From Hyphochytrium catenoides (lineage: Eukaryota > Protista > Hyphochytriomycota), in NCBI GenBank assembly GCA_900088475.1, contig FLMG01000982.1:1-61013 (forward strand): a DNA stretch of 61,013 nucleotides, given 5' to 3'. Numbering within the stretch: position 1 is the stretch's first letter; every line of letters begins with the position of its first letter. The notes under the pieces are model-generated. The model searched no databases. It was not told the DNA's origin and saw only the letters and a list, made by a program, of their open reading frames with translations. Of this stretch, positions 1 through 12,852 are shown piece by piece. A program made the position numbers and the translations under genes.

Positions 1-1278
1 ACAGTCAACTTGCACAGAGACGAGGATAGTAACGGCTCTTCAGCTGCTGATGATGATAGGCCAGGAAACGACAGGGAGAGATGCCTCTTTGGTTGTTGCA
101 TGGGAAGATTGAGGGAGATTGTCTGGTACTACTATCGGAGTATAATGAATAATGGATCTAGCTTCTAGCACTACTCCTCGTACTACCGTTTTCCTTGTCC
201 AATTTTCTACCTCCTCCCTCTCCACTCTGCTGTGGACGCCCCACGCCTCACCATTATTGAGAAGCGTATTCTTCTTCTTCTGTCTGCCTATCTTTGCCCA
301 ATCCTTCCTTCCTCTTGCTCTTCAATGTTCCCACTCGTTGTTCTCTGTGTCTGCCCACTAACTCGTCTCGAGCGACAGCCTTTTCTTACTCTTTTGTTCC
401 GCTGTCCTCTCCTTTTGTCTCTTCCCTTTAACATTCTTACTCGTTCTGTCTCTGCGTCTTTCTCTATCTCTTCCTCATCCTCTCTCTCTTCTCCATCCTC
501 TCTCTCTTCGCGTCCCGGTCCAGACTCTCAAGCACGAATGGAATAGAAGCATCGGGGTGATGGGGACGGGATAGAGCGAGTGCACCTAATGATCAAGGAC
601 GAAATCAACCAGTCGCTGTCTACTGTTATGCTGTTAGCTTGTTCTTAGTTGACAGAACCCTTCCTCCTTTCCTAGTAGCGCGATTCCCCTACCTTACGCC
701 CTATTTCGTCATTCTCCAGCAAGGAGCTGATGCCTTTATCCCCCTCGCCCGCCCATCCTACATCGGTGCAACCAAAGCTCCTTCTTCCTCTGACATCATC
801 AGAGTATTCGTCTGCTACTTCCCTTCGTAACGTGCCTAGATGTCCGCTTAGCCGCCTGAGTCGGGAGAGATGCTGCACGTTAGCCCATGCTAGCCAAGAA
901 CGCGGAGACCCAGAAAAAGCAGCGTCCATCATCAGAGGGCAAGGACGGAAATAAAGTCAGCTTACACAGGAAAGACGGCATCGTGGTAAAAGCTGCGACG
1001 GAGCGGAGGAGATAGTTTATATAAGAAAGAAAGAGATCTGCGAAAAGGCGGCGTTGAAAGGCTACTGTCTGCCGCCGCTCAGCGGCGTGGAGTTAGTCAG
1101 GCTTCGCAGAAAGCTTCGAAAGGCTCTGGGTGACTTGAGGGCCAGGTACAGTCTTACAGCTCTCTCTGGAATGGAGGACAGGAAATGGGAGCTGTGTAGC
1201 TGAATGGCCTAAAACTCCGGCATTGAAAAGTACTGAGAGCTTCGAATCACACTCTTTCCCTGCTTCTCTTAGCTCACC

Positions 1279-3077
1279 ATGGCAGACGAGGGCGGACAGC
1301 GGCCCCTCTTTGAATGTTCTCCTCCGCCGGTAGCAAATTCTTCCTTCATTCATTCCCTGTCGGCCAACAGCCAACAACCGTCTAGCACCTGCAGCTGCGA
1401 AGCCCCTTCACTCTTACCTCATAAAAAACTATCAGCCAGCTCTGTTGCCCCCGCTCCCGTCATCTCAATTCCATCTAAAGAGGAACAAAATGAGCAATCA
1501 CTTCCTTCCACTGCGGCCCTTGGTGTTCTTCCTTCTCCTTCTCAATCCTCCAGTTGCTGTCCAAGCATAGCCGGGACAAGAACTTCATCCAAGGAATATA
1601 CTAGCTCCGTCCAGTTCCATCTCGGTCAAGGGTTCTCCCACACTCGTAGAGGAAGTGAGGCCATTGAAAACCACTGGGATGCCCTGAATGGCTTGTCACT
1701 AATGGCTCCTAACAGTACCCAGTCAAACGAGATAACGGAACAAACTGAAGATGGATCCAGCCTCCGCCACGTAGTAGAGGGAGAAGGTAGCAGGTTAACC
1801 AGGATTGACTCACAGAGTCTTATTTCTCCGTCTACACTGCTGCCTCAGGCGGCTGATCCTCAGGTTCGGCAGCACAAACGCTGCAAAGACTATCTAAAGG
1901 AGGCGGAACAGTACGTCAAGCAACAGCCCTACGCTAGACGTCCTGACGGGACTTATGGCAAGATCACCTGCTTGAAATGTGAGAAGAATGTATGTCATTC
2001 GGTTCTTTTCCCCTGCGGGCACATGTGTCTCTGTGATGCCTGCATACCAAGTGACATAAGGAAGGGGACTACTGAGGAGCCAGTAGTGCAAGAAGAGAAG
2101 AAGGAAGATCCCAATAAGCTGAAGTAAGGCGCTACGTCCGTGTGATACTGCCTTGCTTCTCTTCTCTCCTCGCTCTTTGGTTCCGGATCCATCGCTTTTG
2201 TTTCTCGATCTGTTTCCTCATCGTCTGACTTGTCTGCTCATGCAGCTCCTCAATCTCTCTTCTTGTTTGCCCCTGCTCAATCCTCGACATGCTTTCTCTT
2301 AGCTTCTATCTTCACTTCTCTTCTTGGCCTGTTGCTATAGGAACATAACGAGATGGCTACTCTTCCTGGTCCCACTTGCTTCTTCCTCTTCTGATCGTCC
2401 TCTTCTGACTCCTTTCCTTGGTCCTCTTGGCTTTAGCTTAGGTTATCCTAGAGTGTATTCATTTTGCTCTCTTACTCTCTCGACCAAGGTCCAGCCTTAA
2501 ACTTCTTCGTCTTACCTCTGCCCTGACTCCTGCATCTTTCTCCTCTTGCTTGCGTTGCTCTCTTGTTCTTCTCTTTCGCCTTTCCTGTCTTTTGCCTCGC
2601 TCTAACGCTTTGCACTCTTTACCCGGCCTCTCTTCCTTTTCAATATATTGCAGGGAATGCCCAGTATGCAAGCTAGCTGTGCATCGCGCACTAGCCTCCG
2701 ATGGAAAGGAAGCGGACAGATACTGGGATATCCTTACTGGAGAGCCCTTCAGGGTGCAGGCAAACATACGAGAAGGCTTCAAAAGAGTTCCACTCTGGCT
2801 GAAGACTAAGAAAGAAGGCGAGAAACAAGAGGAGAGAGCCAGGCAGAACAGCCTAGAGAATATTATGAAGGAGGCCGCAAGCCATGCGGCTAGTGCAGTT
2901 CCAGTTGAATCTCTTCTTCCTGAGCCCGGAGCTCGGCAACGAAGTACGAGCTCGTCAAAGGGAAAAGAGCTTGGAAGACAGAACTCTCAGAACAGAGGAA
3001 AGGTCCTCCCTTTCTCTCCTTCTCATCCTTCTCCTACTCGGCCCGTTAGCTCATCTTGTTCGTGCATTATCTCCTGA
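1279..3077 (+). CDS. RING (C3HC4-type) zinc-finger protein, putative E3 ubiquitin ligase, with C-terminal CaaX box; 2 exons (1279-2123, 2654-3077)
   Basis: Exon 1 has CLKC...PCGHMCLCDAC. A GTAAGG...TTGCAG intron (2124-2653) joins it in frame to ECPVCK, completing the RING. The N-terminus is Ser/Pro-rich and the protein ends SCSCIIS*. Confidence 0.8.
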
Positions 3078-3568
3078 TTGGGCTCATTGGCAGCCCGTCA
3101 GCAATGGTCCCATATTTATCGCAGCAAGACGAACTTACGTTCTTTCCATTGAACGTCTTCTCCTGCCCTTGCTCTTTGCATTTCTATCTTCTCATGAGTC
3201 CTCTCCCTTCTAGACTTACTTTCCCTGCATCACTCTCTTTTTCTCCCTCAGTCCATCCACCTCTCTTTTCTCTTTTGTTTTGCGTCCACTTCCGGACCCT
3301 TAATGTGTCTCCTTTCTTCCTGACTTTGTTCCAAGACATTGTGGGCTGGCGACCAGGTCGCCTCTCCGCTATGAGTCACCCCTCCCGTCTTCGGGGCCCA
3401 CCTTTTCCTCTGCGCACGGTTCCTTGCTCTTCCAAAGTTATTCACCTGAAAGAAGTAGAATCTCTTCTATTGCTTTTGAAAGCGTCACAAGCAAGCGCCG
3501 GAGACGCCAACAAAGTCTTTCATTTACTTTAGGCAAAGTTCTCTTTCCCTTACTCTTCCTCCTGCCTC

Positions 3569-6500
3569 TTATACATCTACCGCAATGCCGCTTTGTTGAG
3601 TCCCTTCTCGGCTGTTGTTGGCTTCCTCAAGCTCCAACGCTTTAGGTTTGCTTGGATGTCTGATCAGACTGAAGCAGAAGAGAGCTGCCAAGAGCTGACA
3701 AGACCCACAAACATAGAAATATGTCCCAGCAGCGTGTGCGTCCGGGGAAGAGGTAGACGGAAAGACCTAATAAACGCCAACAGTAGCATGACAAAGAGAC
3801 AACAAGGAGGAGAGCGATCATTAGTCCTCAGTCAACCATAAAATCTAATCCACATCGAGGAGAAGGGCTGCCAGAGTCACTTAGAAAGGCAGGAGAACGT
3901 ACATGAAAAGACTCGGCGGAACGAAACACTATGTAAAAGCGCTAACATCAGAACGAAGGCGAGAGAATGCATCGCAATTGATTGTCAAGAAGAGAGAGAG
4001 GCAGTCAAGAACTCACGGTGTACACAAAGATCGGCCCCATGACCGCTGCAGCCATGATGCACAGCCCAGAAAGAGCTAACGCACGCTCAAAGTTAACCGT
4101 TGGGCCCCAAAGCGTTAGAGCTGTAGGCACCAGCAGTGACTGATGTATGCCAGAGATGAGAGACACGTAGGGACAGAGAGAGAAAGAAGAAAGAGAGAGA
4201 GAGAGGGAGAGGGAGAAAGAGGATAAAGAGAGAGAGAGAGCAAACGAAATATTGTTCCCTTGTTAGTATCAAGCTATCAAGGTGGAGAGACAAGTATAGA
4301 GATAGATTCTAGGCTGCGCACAGAGGGAGAAAGAAAAGAAGAACCGAAGGGGCATTGTAAGGGTGTCGAAGCATATCAGATGCCTTTTATCCCCTCTCAT
4401 TGTGCTGCAATGCCTCACTGAGGTTTTACCTCCTCTACTCTCTCCTTCCTCTTTCCCTTGTGTCTCTCCCTCTCCATTTACTTCTCACCTTACCTTGAGA
4501 ATAGCAAAATAGAAGCCCGAAAGGCAGAAGAGCCCAGCGCAGAGGTAGTGAGAGGAGGAAGTGGTGACAGAGGGATAGGCTAGAAACAGAGTAGCAGAGA
4601 GAAGGTTTCCTCCAAAGAGGAGACGGGCAGGGCTCCAGCGATCTCCGAGAGCTCCCACAAGGCGCCCGAGGCAGTAGAACCCTAGATAACCCGTGACCAA
4701 CGCGCCTGCAAATGTCAATGCAAATAGAGCGGGAAAGGACGCGAGTAAGATCGAAGCGAGGCATCGGGGAAGAGAAAGGGGACGGAGAAGACTGATGGTA
4801 CGAATGATGGCCGTGTGAATTCAATCCACCCAAAGAGAAAAGCGGTCGGGAGAGAGAGAGAAACAGAGAGAGACACAGACACACACAGGGAGATACAAGG
4901 AGACAGAGGAGAGAGGCACGGTAAGCGTTGGAGACCGAGGGCGAGAGAGAGAGAAATGAGGAAGGAAAAGGCAAAATGAACAAGAGAGAGAGAGGGAGAG
5001 ATCGAGAGAGTGAAAGCACTCCTCCTCCTCTTTCCCTGTCCTGTTCTTTTTGACCTTCTTACCTGTTGTGACTACAGCGATGCTGTAGTTGTTGAAAACA
5101 AGCCTTGCCATCAAGAGCTTTGCCCCCCAAGAGGGAGAGAGAGAGAAGAAGAAGACACCGCAGAGTCGAAAGAATCTGCTACTGGTTAGAATGTCAAACC
5201 ATGCAATCTCTCCTTCCTGCTCTCTCTCTAATTCTTCCTTCCTTTCTTGAGCAAGTCGCTGTTCCTCCTCAGGCGTAGGATCAAAGTATATCCGGTTGTA
5301 TAGCGTTGATTCTGGCGAAAGAGAGGAGACAGAGAAAGTGAGGCAAAGAAGACACAGAGAGAAGGTCAATCTTTTGGCAGGGGGAAAAAAGAAAGTGTGA
5401 CGTCCCAGACCAAGAGAAATAGTGACGAGCCCAAGGTATCTCTTGCTTTATTCCCAGGCAATCTTTCCCCTAGTGAAAGTCCAGGGAAGACAGAGACCGA
5501 AGAATGGGTAACTATCCTCACAACTGAACGAAAGGCGCTGCTGTGAGACATGAGAGCGACCGACAGGTTCACGAAGACAGAGCGCGCGACAGGAAAGAGC
5601 GCAAGGAAGAGAGAAGGTTGAGAACAAAAAGGAGCTTCACCTTGCTTGGTAAGCAGTTCGTCACGCTTGGGAGCTTGGCGATAGAACAACACAGAGGGGA
5701 TGCTAGCAACCATCGTCACGGCTGCCAACTGCACTCGATGGAAGGAATAGAATGACATTAGGAGGTGAGGTTATGGGATAGAGTGATACCACGAGGATGA
5801 ACTACTACATAGCAGAGACACGCAAGCCCCGTGCAGAGACGAGTTGCAAAGTGGGCTGACAGATTGAAAGGACCGGCTCAGCTCTTTGTGAAGAATCAGC
5901 TCTAGGCTAGGCTAGAAGAGATAGGGAGCTGAGGGAGACAGCCTATAAAGGAAGCCCCGAACGGGTCAGAGAGCTACAGAACGACCACGGAAGGAGAGTC
6001 CCGGGAACCCACAGAGGCACAGGACAGCGACAGACATGGAACGAGCCATTTGCAGAGCGGAGAGAGTGGCAGACATCTAGCTCACCAGAAGAAGAGCTCC
6101 ATAGAGTGGAACTACAGAGAGAACTAGCGGAACCAAACGAGGAAGAGTCATTGCCCAGCCTGCGCAAACGAGACCCCAGAGCCCTGCTCCCAGACAGGGA
6201 CGCTTATAGCAAACATGGAACCAAGCAGTGGTCAGGACCAAAGCCCTAGACGAGAGAAGAGAGAAGGTAACATATCAGAGGCAGAAGGGTTCTAAGCACC
6301 TATGAGTCTGGGTCTGCGAGAAGGAAAAGTATCGCTGCAGAGACGGCGGGAAGCAAGAGAAGATCAGCATGCCACGTAGTAGGTTGGAGACTGAAAGAAT
6401 GGGACACGGGGAAGAGGTAGACAGTGCGTCTCACTTGAAAGAGATAACTCCAACAGCAGCGGCCCACAGCACTATCCCACCGTACACCAGGGGCTGTACC

Positions 6501-9436
6501 TCCCAAGCAGAGGCCGCTGCTAGCAAGATAAGACCCAGGGAAGAGACACAGGAGGTGATAATGACAAATAGCCTCTCGCCCTACGTGAGTAGAACATGGA
6601 AGGTTTGTTAGAAACAGAGAGAATTTGAGCAGAGAAAAAGATGCAGACAGTGACGGAAAGAGAAAGAACGAAAGAGAGACCGAGAAAGAGAGACCGAGAG
6701 AGAGAGACCGAGAGACACTGTGAGTGAGAGAGAGAGAGAGAGAGAGAGAACGCAGACAAAGATGACTCTGACAAGAGCGGAGAGAGGAGTAAATAGAAGA
6801 GAAAGAACGAGTGTGGAAAGAACAGCGAGGGAGGGCTGCAAGAATGGAGCGAAGCAAACGCCAGTCGAGTCGCGTCTACCAGGATATGCACTCGGTGACC
6901 CATGATCCCCATGAAGAAGATCGTGGAGATGCCTCCGACGAACAGAAAGACGTTAACGGAGTAAGCTTCCACTGAAGACCTGAGCAGAGAGGTCAGTAGC
7001 GCAGGTACGGGCAGACTGATGGGCAAGGTTGAAGTGGGAGTGGGAAACATAACTGGGCGCATGAAGAACGATCAAAGTACCAGAAATATCAAGATAAGAA
7101 AGGAGAAAGAAGAGAGAGAAGAGAAGTGATTCTCCGCATAGCGATAGAAGCGGAATGAGATAGCAGAGCGAGAGAGAGAGAGCAAAAAAGAAGACTGAGA
7201 AATCGGCAGAGAGAGAAAGAGAGAGGACGGGTCGATATACGCACATGAAGAGCACGCGGGAGAGAGAGAGAGAGAGAGAGAGAACGCTCTAAAGGCAGCA
7301 GACGTAATTAGGAAAGGGCACCATTATCGAAGGACGAACAGCAAGGTCAAGGATGGCGGTTAGGAAAGCATGAGTGGGAGTGGACGATTCTCAAAAAAGG
7401 TTTTCTTCTAATACTGCTTACCCTGGGAAAAGAGAGGTCATTTCCGCGGTGAACATGCTCCAGGAGTACGCAGCTCCACTGTTCGACGTGGAAAGAATAA
7501 TAGAGGGAAGCACCTTTGTCCAGAGCTCTTGCCTTCTCTCCTGCCTCCTTCTCTCTGCATATGAGATTGGTGGTGAAGATCCCAGCGAGATAACTGTCGC
7601 AGAGGCTGGGGCTACTTCTGCCTCGGCGTCGAAAGAAAGAGAGAGTTCAAGGTCCAGATCCTGACTCTGTCGCATCTCAGCCTCTAAGTCTGCGTCTCCT
7701 TCCTCTTCCTTCTCTTCCATGTAGTCCTCTACGTCCTTATCCTCTTCCAAGGTGCCGATTATGCTACGCATATCGACGTCAATGACCTCATCCAAGCTGC
7801 GCCTGGAGTGTAGAGACGCCAGACTTCGACGCTGATGATAAGGGGAGTATGAGAGGGGCACAACCCAGAAAAAGGATACTCTTGAGAAAGCAACTACGCT
7901 AAATAGGGGACACAAGGAGAGAAAACAGGGGAGAGAAGGCACAGCATGGCTTATTATCCTCTTCTCGCCCAGGATTCTACGCGAGAAAGTACACGGGGTC
8001 AGGTAGTGACGTTATAGTGAAGGTAAGACGAGCGAAGAGTAAGGAGTGAACCTTGACTAATGGGCGGAGTGACTTCATCTCTGACGGTTGAGGGGCCGGT
8101 ACTGCAAGCTTTAAGTAGGCCTTTCAATGGGAAGGGGAAGGAAGGTGAGCAGCGGTAGGATCAGAGGAAGGGTGTACACTCGCGGCAATCCTCTTCTGCT
8201 CTGGGACTTACCTCAAGGATTGCCGGGTCACTGACATCAAGGGCTGCAGTGCCTCCCGATTGCTGGGTGTACCGCGTCTGATTGTCTGCAATGCTAACCG
8301 TGTCGCTGTCTTTGTGCATTCCCTTCTCTCCCTTTTCTGGACCTAGCGCACTGTGCCGAGACCTAGTCTCGCTACCATTGTCCTCTGCTTTCTCAACCAC
8401 GATTGCCTTCTCTGCCTCCGCGTCTTCCTCCAATTGTATATCGTCAACACTAAGCTCACCAGGGTCATGAGGTGATGGCGGCAGAGAACTATTGCGAATG
8501 AAGGTCTCTTTGTCGGCCATTCGATGCGCGACCTGAGGAGAGTGGAGATAAGTGGAGGAAAGCACTTGCACTCCAAGAAAGGTAAACGAGGTGGGAAAGA
8601 GAGCGAAAGAAGAAGCGAGAAGAAGACTGATGGTGTACGACTAGAGCCACCCGTTGCTATGGACGTGGAGATCCAAAGGCTATAGAGATGGAGAGCCCTG
8701 GCTCACCTCCTCCTTCTGATTCTGAAGAACATCCATTCTGATCGTCTCATTGTTTCCTGGGACCTGCTACGTGGTGGGGAGAGAACGAGAGGACAGGTAT
8801 CAGGAGAATGACGCAAAACGCTCTACAGTTGGGCAAGACGTTGGGTTGATGAGAGACTGAGGAATGAAGCTAGGACCCAGGTAGCAAGTAGAAGAATAGA
8901 AGGAGAATGTAGAAAACGGTCTCACCGATGGCTGTGGAACCCTTGCCAAGAGACGGCGAATGAGAGAGCTGACTCCAGTTGCCTGGCTTTGTTCGGCGGG
9001 AGCGGCATTAGCTGACTCAGCCCCGCTGGATGGATCCTGAGCGGGGGGAGACTTCTCGAGGCGAGATTCGGTGGCCGCTTGGTCTAATTCATCTTCCTCT
9101 TCGCCGAGAGAGAAGTCCAACGCTCCCTAGAGTCACCATGCAGAGATTGCATGGAAGGTATATACATAAGGACGGGAGTGAGCTTTGCGATATAGAGAGC
9201 AGAGTAGAAGAGTTGAGAGCTAACGGGGAAGGGGCGGAGAGTTGCCCAAGCGCGCTGACGCGAACAGAGGGAGAGACCTGTACCTCCTTGGAGGGAAGCA
9301 CTGGATATTGGGAGACGGAAGAAGACGGTCCATCGTTCTCAGGGTTTGCTTGTTTGAGACGATCCCCGACCAAGGAGGACAGGGCTGCACCACCTATCTC
9401 ATTGTTTGGCAAGAGGAATGCTTCAGTATCTTCCAT
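3569..9436 (-). CDS. Multi-exon major facilitator superfamily transporter (oxalate/formate-antiporter-like) with long acidic N-terminal extension
   Basis: Spliced exons give hydrophobic helices and MFS-type motifs: SGAAYSWSMF, MGHRVHILGERLF, GRLVGALGDRWSPARL, GAYSSNAL. Last exon ends ...IAVDV* at 3569. The start and some internal boundaries are approximate. Confidence 0.7.
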
Positions 9437-10849
9437 CGCTCCTCGGTTTGTGCTGCTTCTCTCGCGTTTTGGCTCCTCTGTCTCGAGGGAAGGGACAGAA
9501 AAGTCAAGTGTGCTAACCTGCCTGTGGCCAGACAGTCGAGATGATAGCAGGAGACAGACGACGACGCGCTGGTAGGTGCTAAAGCTTAACGCTTTTTGCA
9601 GATTTGAGACCTCTGAATAGCAGATTGTTTACTATGTCTTATTTGTTTGATTAGCACCCTCTTTCTCTTCCTGAACCAGACAGCCTTCCGCCATCTCTGG
9701 GTGGACGTGCTGTCTACTTTACATACTTCGGTCCTGCATCTTCCACATGCTGGGTTGCACTCTTGGCTCATTTCTTCTTCGTGTCTTCTACCATCCCATC
9801 TTTACTAGCGATGATTTGCCGATCAATCTACGCCTTGCTCCTACATTTATGATAGAATTCTGCGGTTGTCCTCGCCTTGCATCTCGTTCTTTCCTTCCTC
9901 TTTCTTTCCCTTTCTTCTTCTCTTTCCTTTTCTTGGTCTATGTCTCTCCATCCCACCAAGATAGCACAGGTGCTCTCATACACGACCTAAACTCTTATAG
10001 AAGCCTTACCGAGTTGCCCGAGGTAGGTCATCTACAGATAGGCAAGCAGCTTAGACAGACATTCATTCAAGGAGCACCTAGCTCATAGCAGCTATAGTAT
10101 GGTGCTGCTTCTCTGCCTATAGCAATCTACCAAGGCCGAGGGACACGTCGAGGAATGATGCTATAGTTCTTCCAAAGGTAGGCGACGGTGATGGTGGCCT
10201 GGGTATCTGAGTCTTGGAAGAGAGAGAAAAAGGCAAAGAGAAAGAGACAAAGAGAAACAGAGAAACAGAGAAAGACAGAGAAAGACAGAGAGAAAGACCG
10301 AGAGAGTCAGATAGAGAGAGAAAGAAAGAGAGAGAGAGAGTGACCGAGAGAGAGAGAAGGGAGAGAAAGTAGTCGGATGCAGGTGATGATGAAGCCCAGA
10401 CTGCCAGATCCGTTACTCTTCCATCAACTTGCCGAAAGCTTCACTGGGAATCTATTTATTAATGATTCTTTCACATCTCAGATCCTCTGACTAAGTGGGG
10501 GCATCAGGCTCCGGCGGAATGTTTCATACAAAGGTTTTACGAATTAATAGAAAGACAAGAAGATGTGTGCGTTTTCCTCTCTTGTGACGAGCGTGATGGG
10601 CTCTCCCACTCGCCTTGTACGCACGTACCTCCTCCCTTTCCTTCCCTCGCCCATGTCCTCGTCACGCTAGCGAAAAGAATAGAGTAAAGCAAAGGGCGTG
10701 AAGATGCACGAGAGCAGGTCTTGACTAGGGCTGTCACTGAGACACAAAGAGAATAGGCAACATGAGGTTCAGTGGCCTACCTGCAACTAGAGAAGTGTGG
10801 CAGGATGTGTGGTACAGGAGACACGAGTAAGGGCCTAAGAGTCTTGACC

Positions 10850-12800
10850 GGCCGACATTGAAACGCAGTGGCGCGTCTTGTCTCGATATTGCGGACTACT
10901 CTGGGCACCAACCTGGCGTGCCATCACGGCAAAGATGTCCCTTCTACATCCTCGTCTGCATCATCTCCTGTCAAACCTACTCTTTACCACTTCCGAGGTC
11001 TTTACATCGTAGAAAGCCCAGCCGCCTTCATTGTCACAGAAGGCTGTTTATAATATAATATTTGAGTTTGTTCTACGTCGCCTTAAATGGCAATCCTTTG
11101 CCTTCTCCTCTTCTCCTGTTGCCACCGTCCTTCCTATAACATCAACTTCATCCTCATGCTATTAGTTGTCTTGGCTTAACCATTTATTGGCATAAAGCAG
11201 TCTCTATAGAGCCTAACCCAACATCATGACCCAACCCATCACCACTGCCTCCCCTATGACCAGGGCCATTGGCGGATAAGGGGCAGGACTCCCCAAAGGG
11301 GCGGCGTCAATGTAACCTCACTGGATCTCACTCACCACCCATACAGCCATCAATAAAAAAAAGAAAGCATAAGGCAGCAGAATACATTCGAAAGGTGGAA
11401 GAGCAAGGCGTTGAAGAAGATGTTAAAGGAGCGTCGACGGCGCGTCGGCCACACCATGGCCCGTAACCTTCCCAACGGTTGTGTCCACTACATTAAGCGG
11501 GGTGCTGGTAAGCAAGAGAGGCTGACTGCTAACACGAAGTTAAAAGGCGAGATCAAGCTGGCCAGGTGAGTTTTGGGCACTTCGGGAGAACAGCAAGACA
11601 ACATACCTCTCACGCCCCAATTCTGCCGTCCGGACTGAGCGCCGCACCCTCACCTGAAGGTAGTCATCTTATCAACCGGGTAATAAGCGAAGCGAGCGTC
11701 TTTGAAGAATCGATGGCAGACGATACAGCATGAGATCAGCAAAATTGCGGGCGCAAAGCGTCGCATTGACAGCTAAAAGTCAAGCGGAACACCTGACGAA
11801 GATTGAATCAACATGGGTCTTTCTGGAACTCCTCTATATAAAGAGTCAACGAGTTCCACCCAAGTTCCGCGTATAATATAAATCTTCTTCCTCAACTGTT
11901 CCCTTTGTGTTCCCTTTGCCTTTAAGCTGTCAATGCGATACTTTCGTGCCCGCGAATTTACTGCCATCATCGTACCGTATCGTCTGCCATCTATTGTTCA
12001 GTGACACTTCGCTTCGGTGATCATCATCAGGACGACCGCCACTGTTCTTATCGTGAGAGTGCTTGTAACTCTTTTGCTCCGCCGCGGTGATAGCATTCTC
12101 AGACCAAGGCCCAAGATCTGGTGACTCGCTGATCTTCCATTACTTTCCAGGACTTGCTGCCTCGCCCCATAGAAAAAACACTTGTTGGCTCTTTCTTCCG
12201 TTTGCCTCGCGGCTTGTCGTCCTGGCAGCAAGATGATGATTCAGCAAGGTAGTGGCCCGTTTGCGCCTGCTTAGGAGGAGACCAGGGTGACCTTGAGCGT
12301 TTTAAAAGCTTTAATGATTAGAAACCGCGCTGTCGCCGCCACGAGAACTGATGAGAGCGGCGGCGTCTGGCCGTCTGGCGGTGAGGTTGCAGACACGATC
12401 CCTGGCAGCCACTCCATCGCAATAGAGCCTCTAACGGTTACAGGTAGAGATCCATTCGACTCCTGGGGGAGATACTGTAACATTTAGTTTCTGTGGTAGT
12501 TTGTCAGGACAGTCCTTTCATGACTCCCTGGCACTATTTTCGGTCCAACGCTCTCCTGTCTAATATAATGGACTTTGGAATATTGTCAAGGCGCCCTTTG
12601 GACGGTCTGGCGTGGCAGCTAGCTCAGGCCGTGGGCCATACTTTTCCCATCGAGACAGAGTGGCGGACAAGCTGAAGATTTATACAAAATCCATTGACTT
12701 TGTATTGACTGTCAAACGCAGTGCAAAAGAGATTCTGCAGATGCTGCAGATACCCCGGGAGCGCTATCGGATTCTTCATTTGTTGAGTAGGAAAGGAAGT
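10850..12800. mobile_element. Decayed PIF/Harbinger-like DNA transposon remnants: two Myb/SANT-like ORF copies in opposite orientation plus transposase-like fragments
   Basis: Plus 11690-11815: SLKNRWQTIQHEISKIAG...SSGTPDED, with stops. Minus ~12150-11900: EDQRVTRSWALV/ENAITAAEQK...RSEVSLNNRWQTI. Plus ~12525-12720: WHYF...DFGILSRRPL and VAD..IYTKSIDFVLTV, resembling the Harbinger transposase WHxFxG...D...L..SPL and LADGIYP...FVKT blocks. All are frameshifted or contain stops. Confidence 0.5.
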
Positions 12801-12852
12801 GGACTAGCTGTTATACCTTCAATCTCTGGGTTGGACCAGCAGAATTAACATC

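Noticed and set aside
4093-7290. Many L/S/F-rich ORFs on both strands
   Set aside because: These are CT/AG-rich introns of the MFS gene; only the embedded exon segments are coding.
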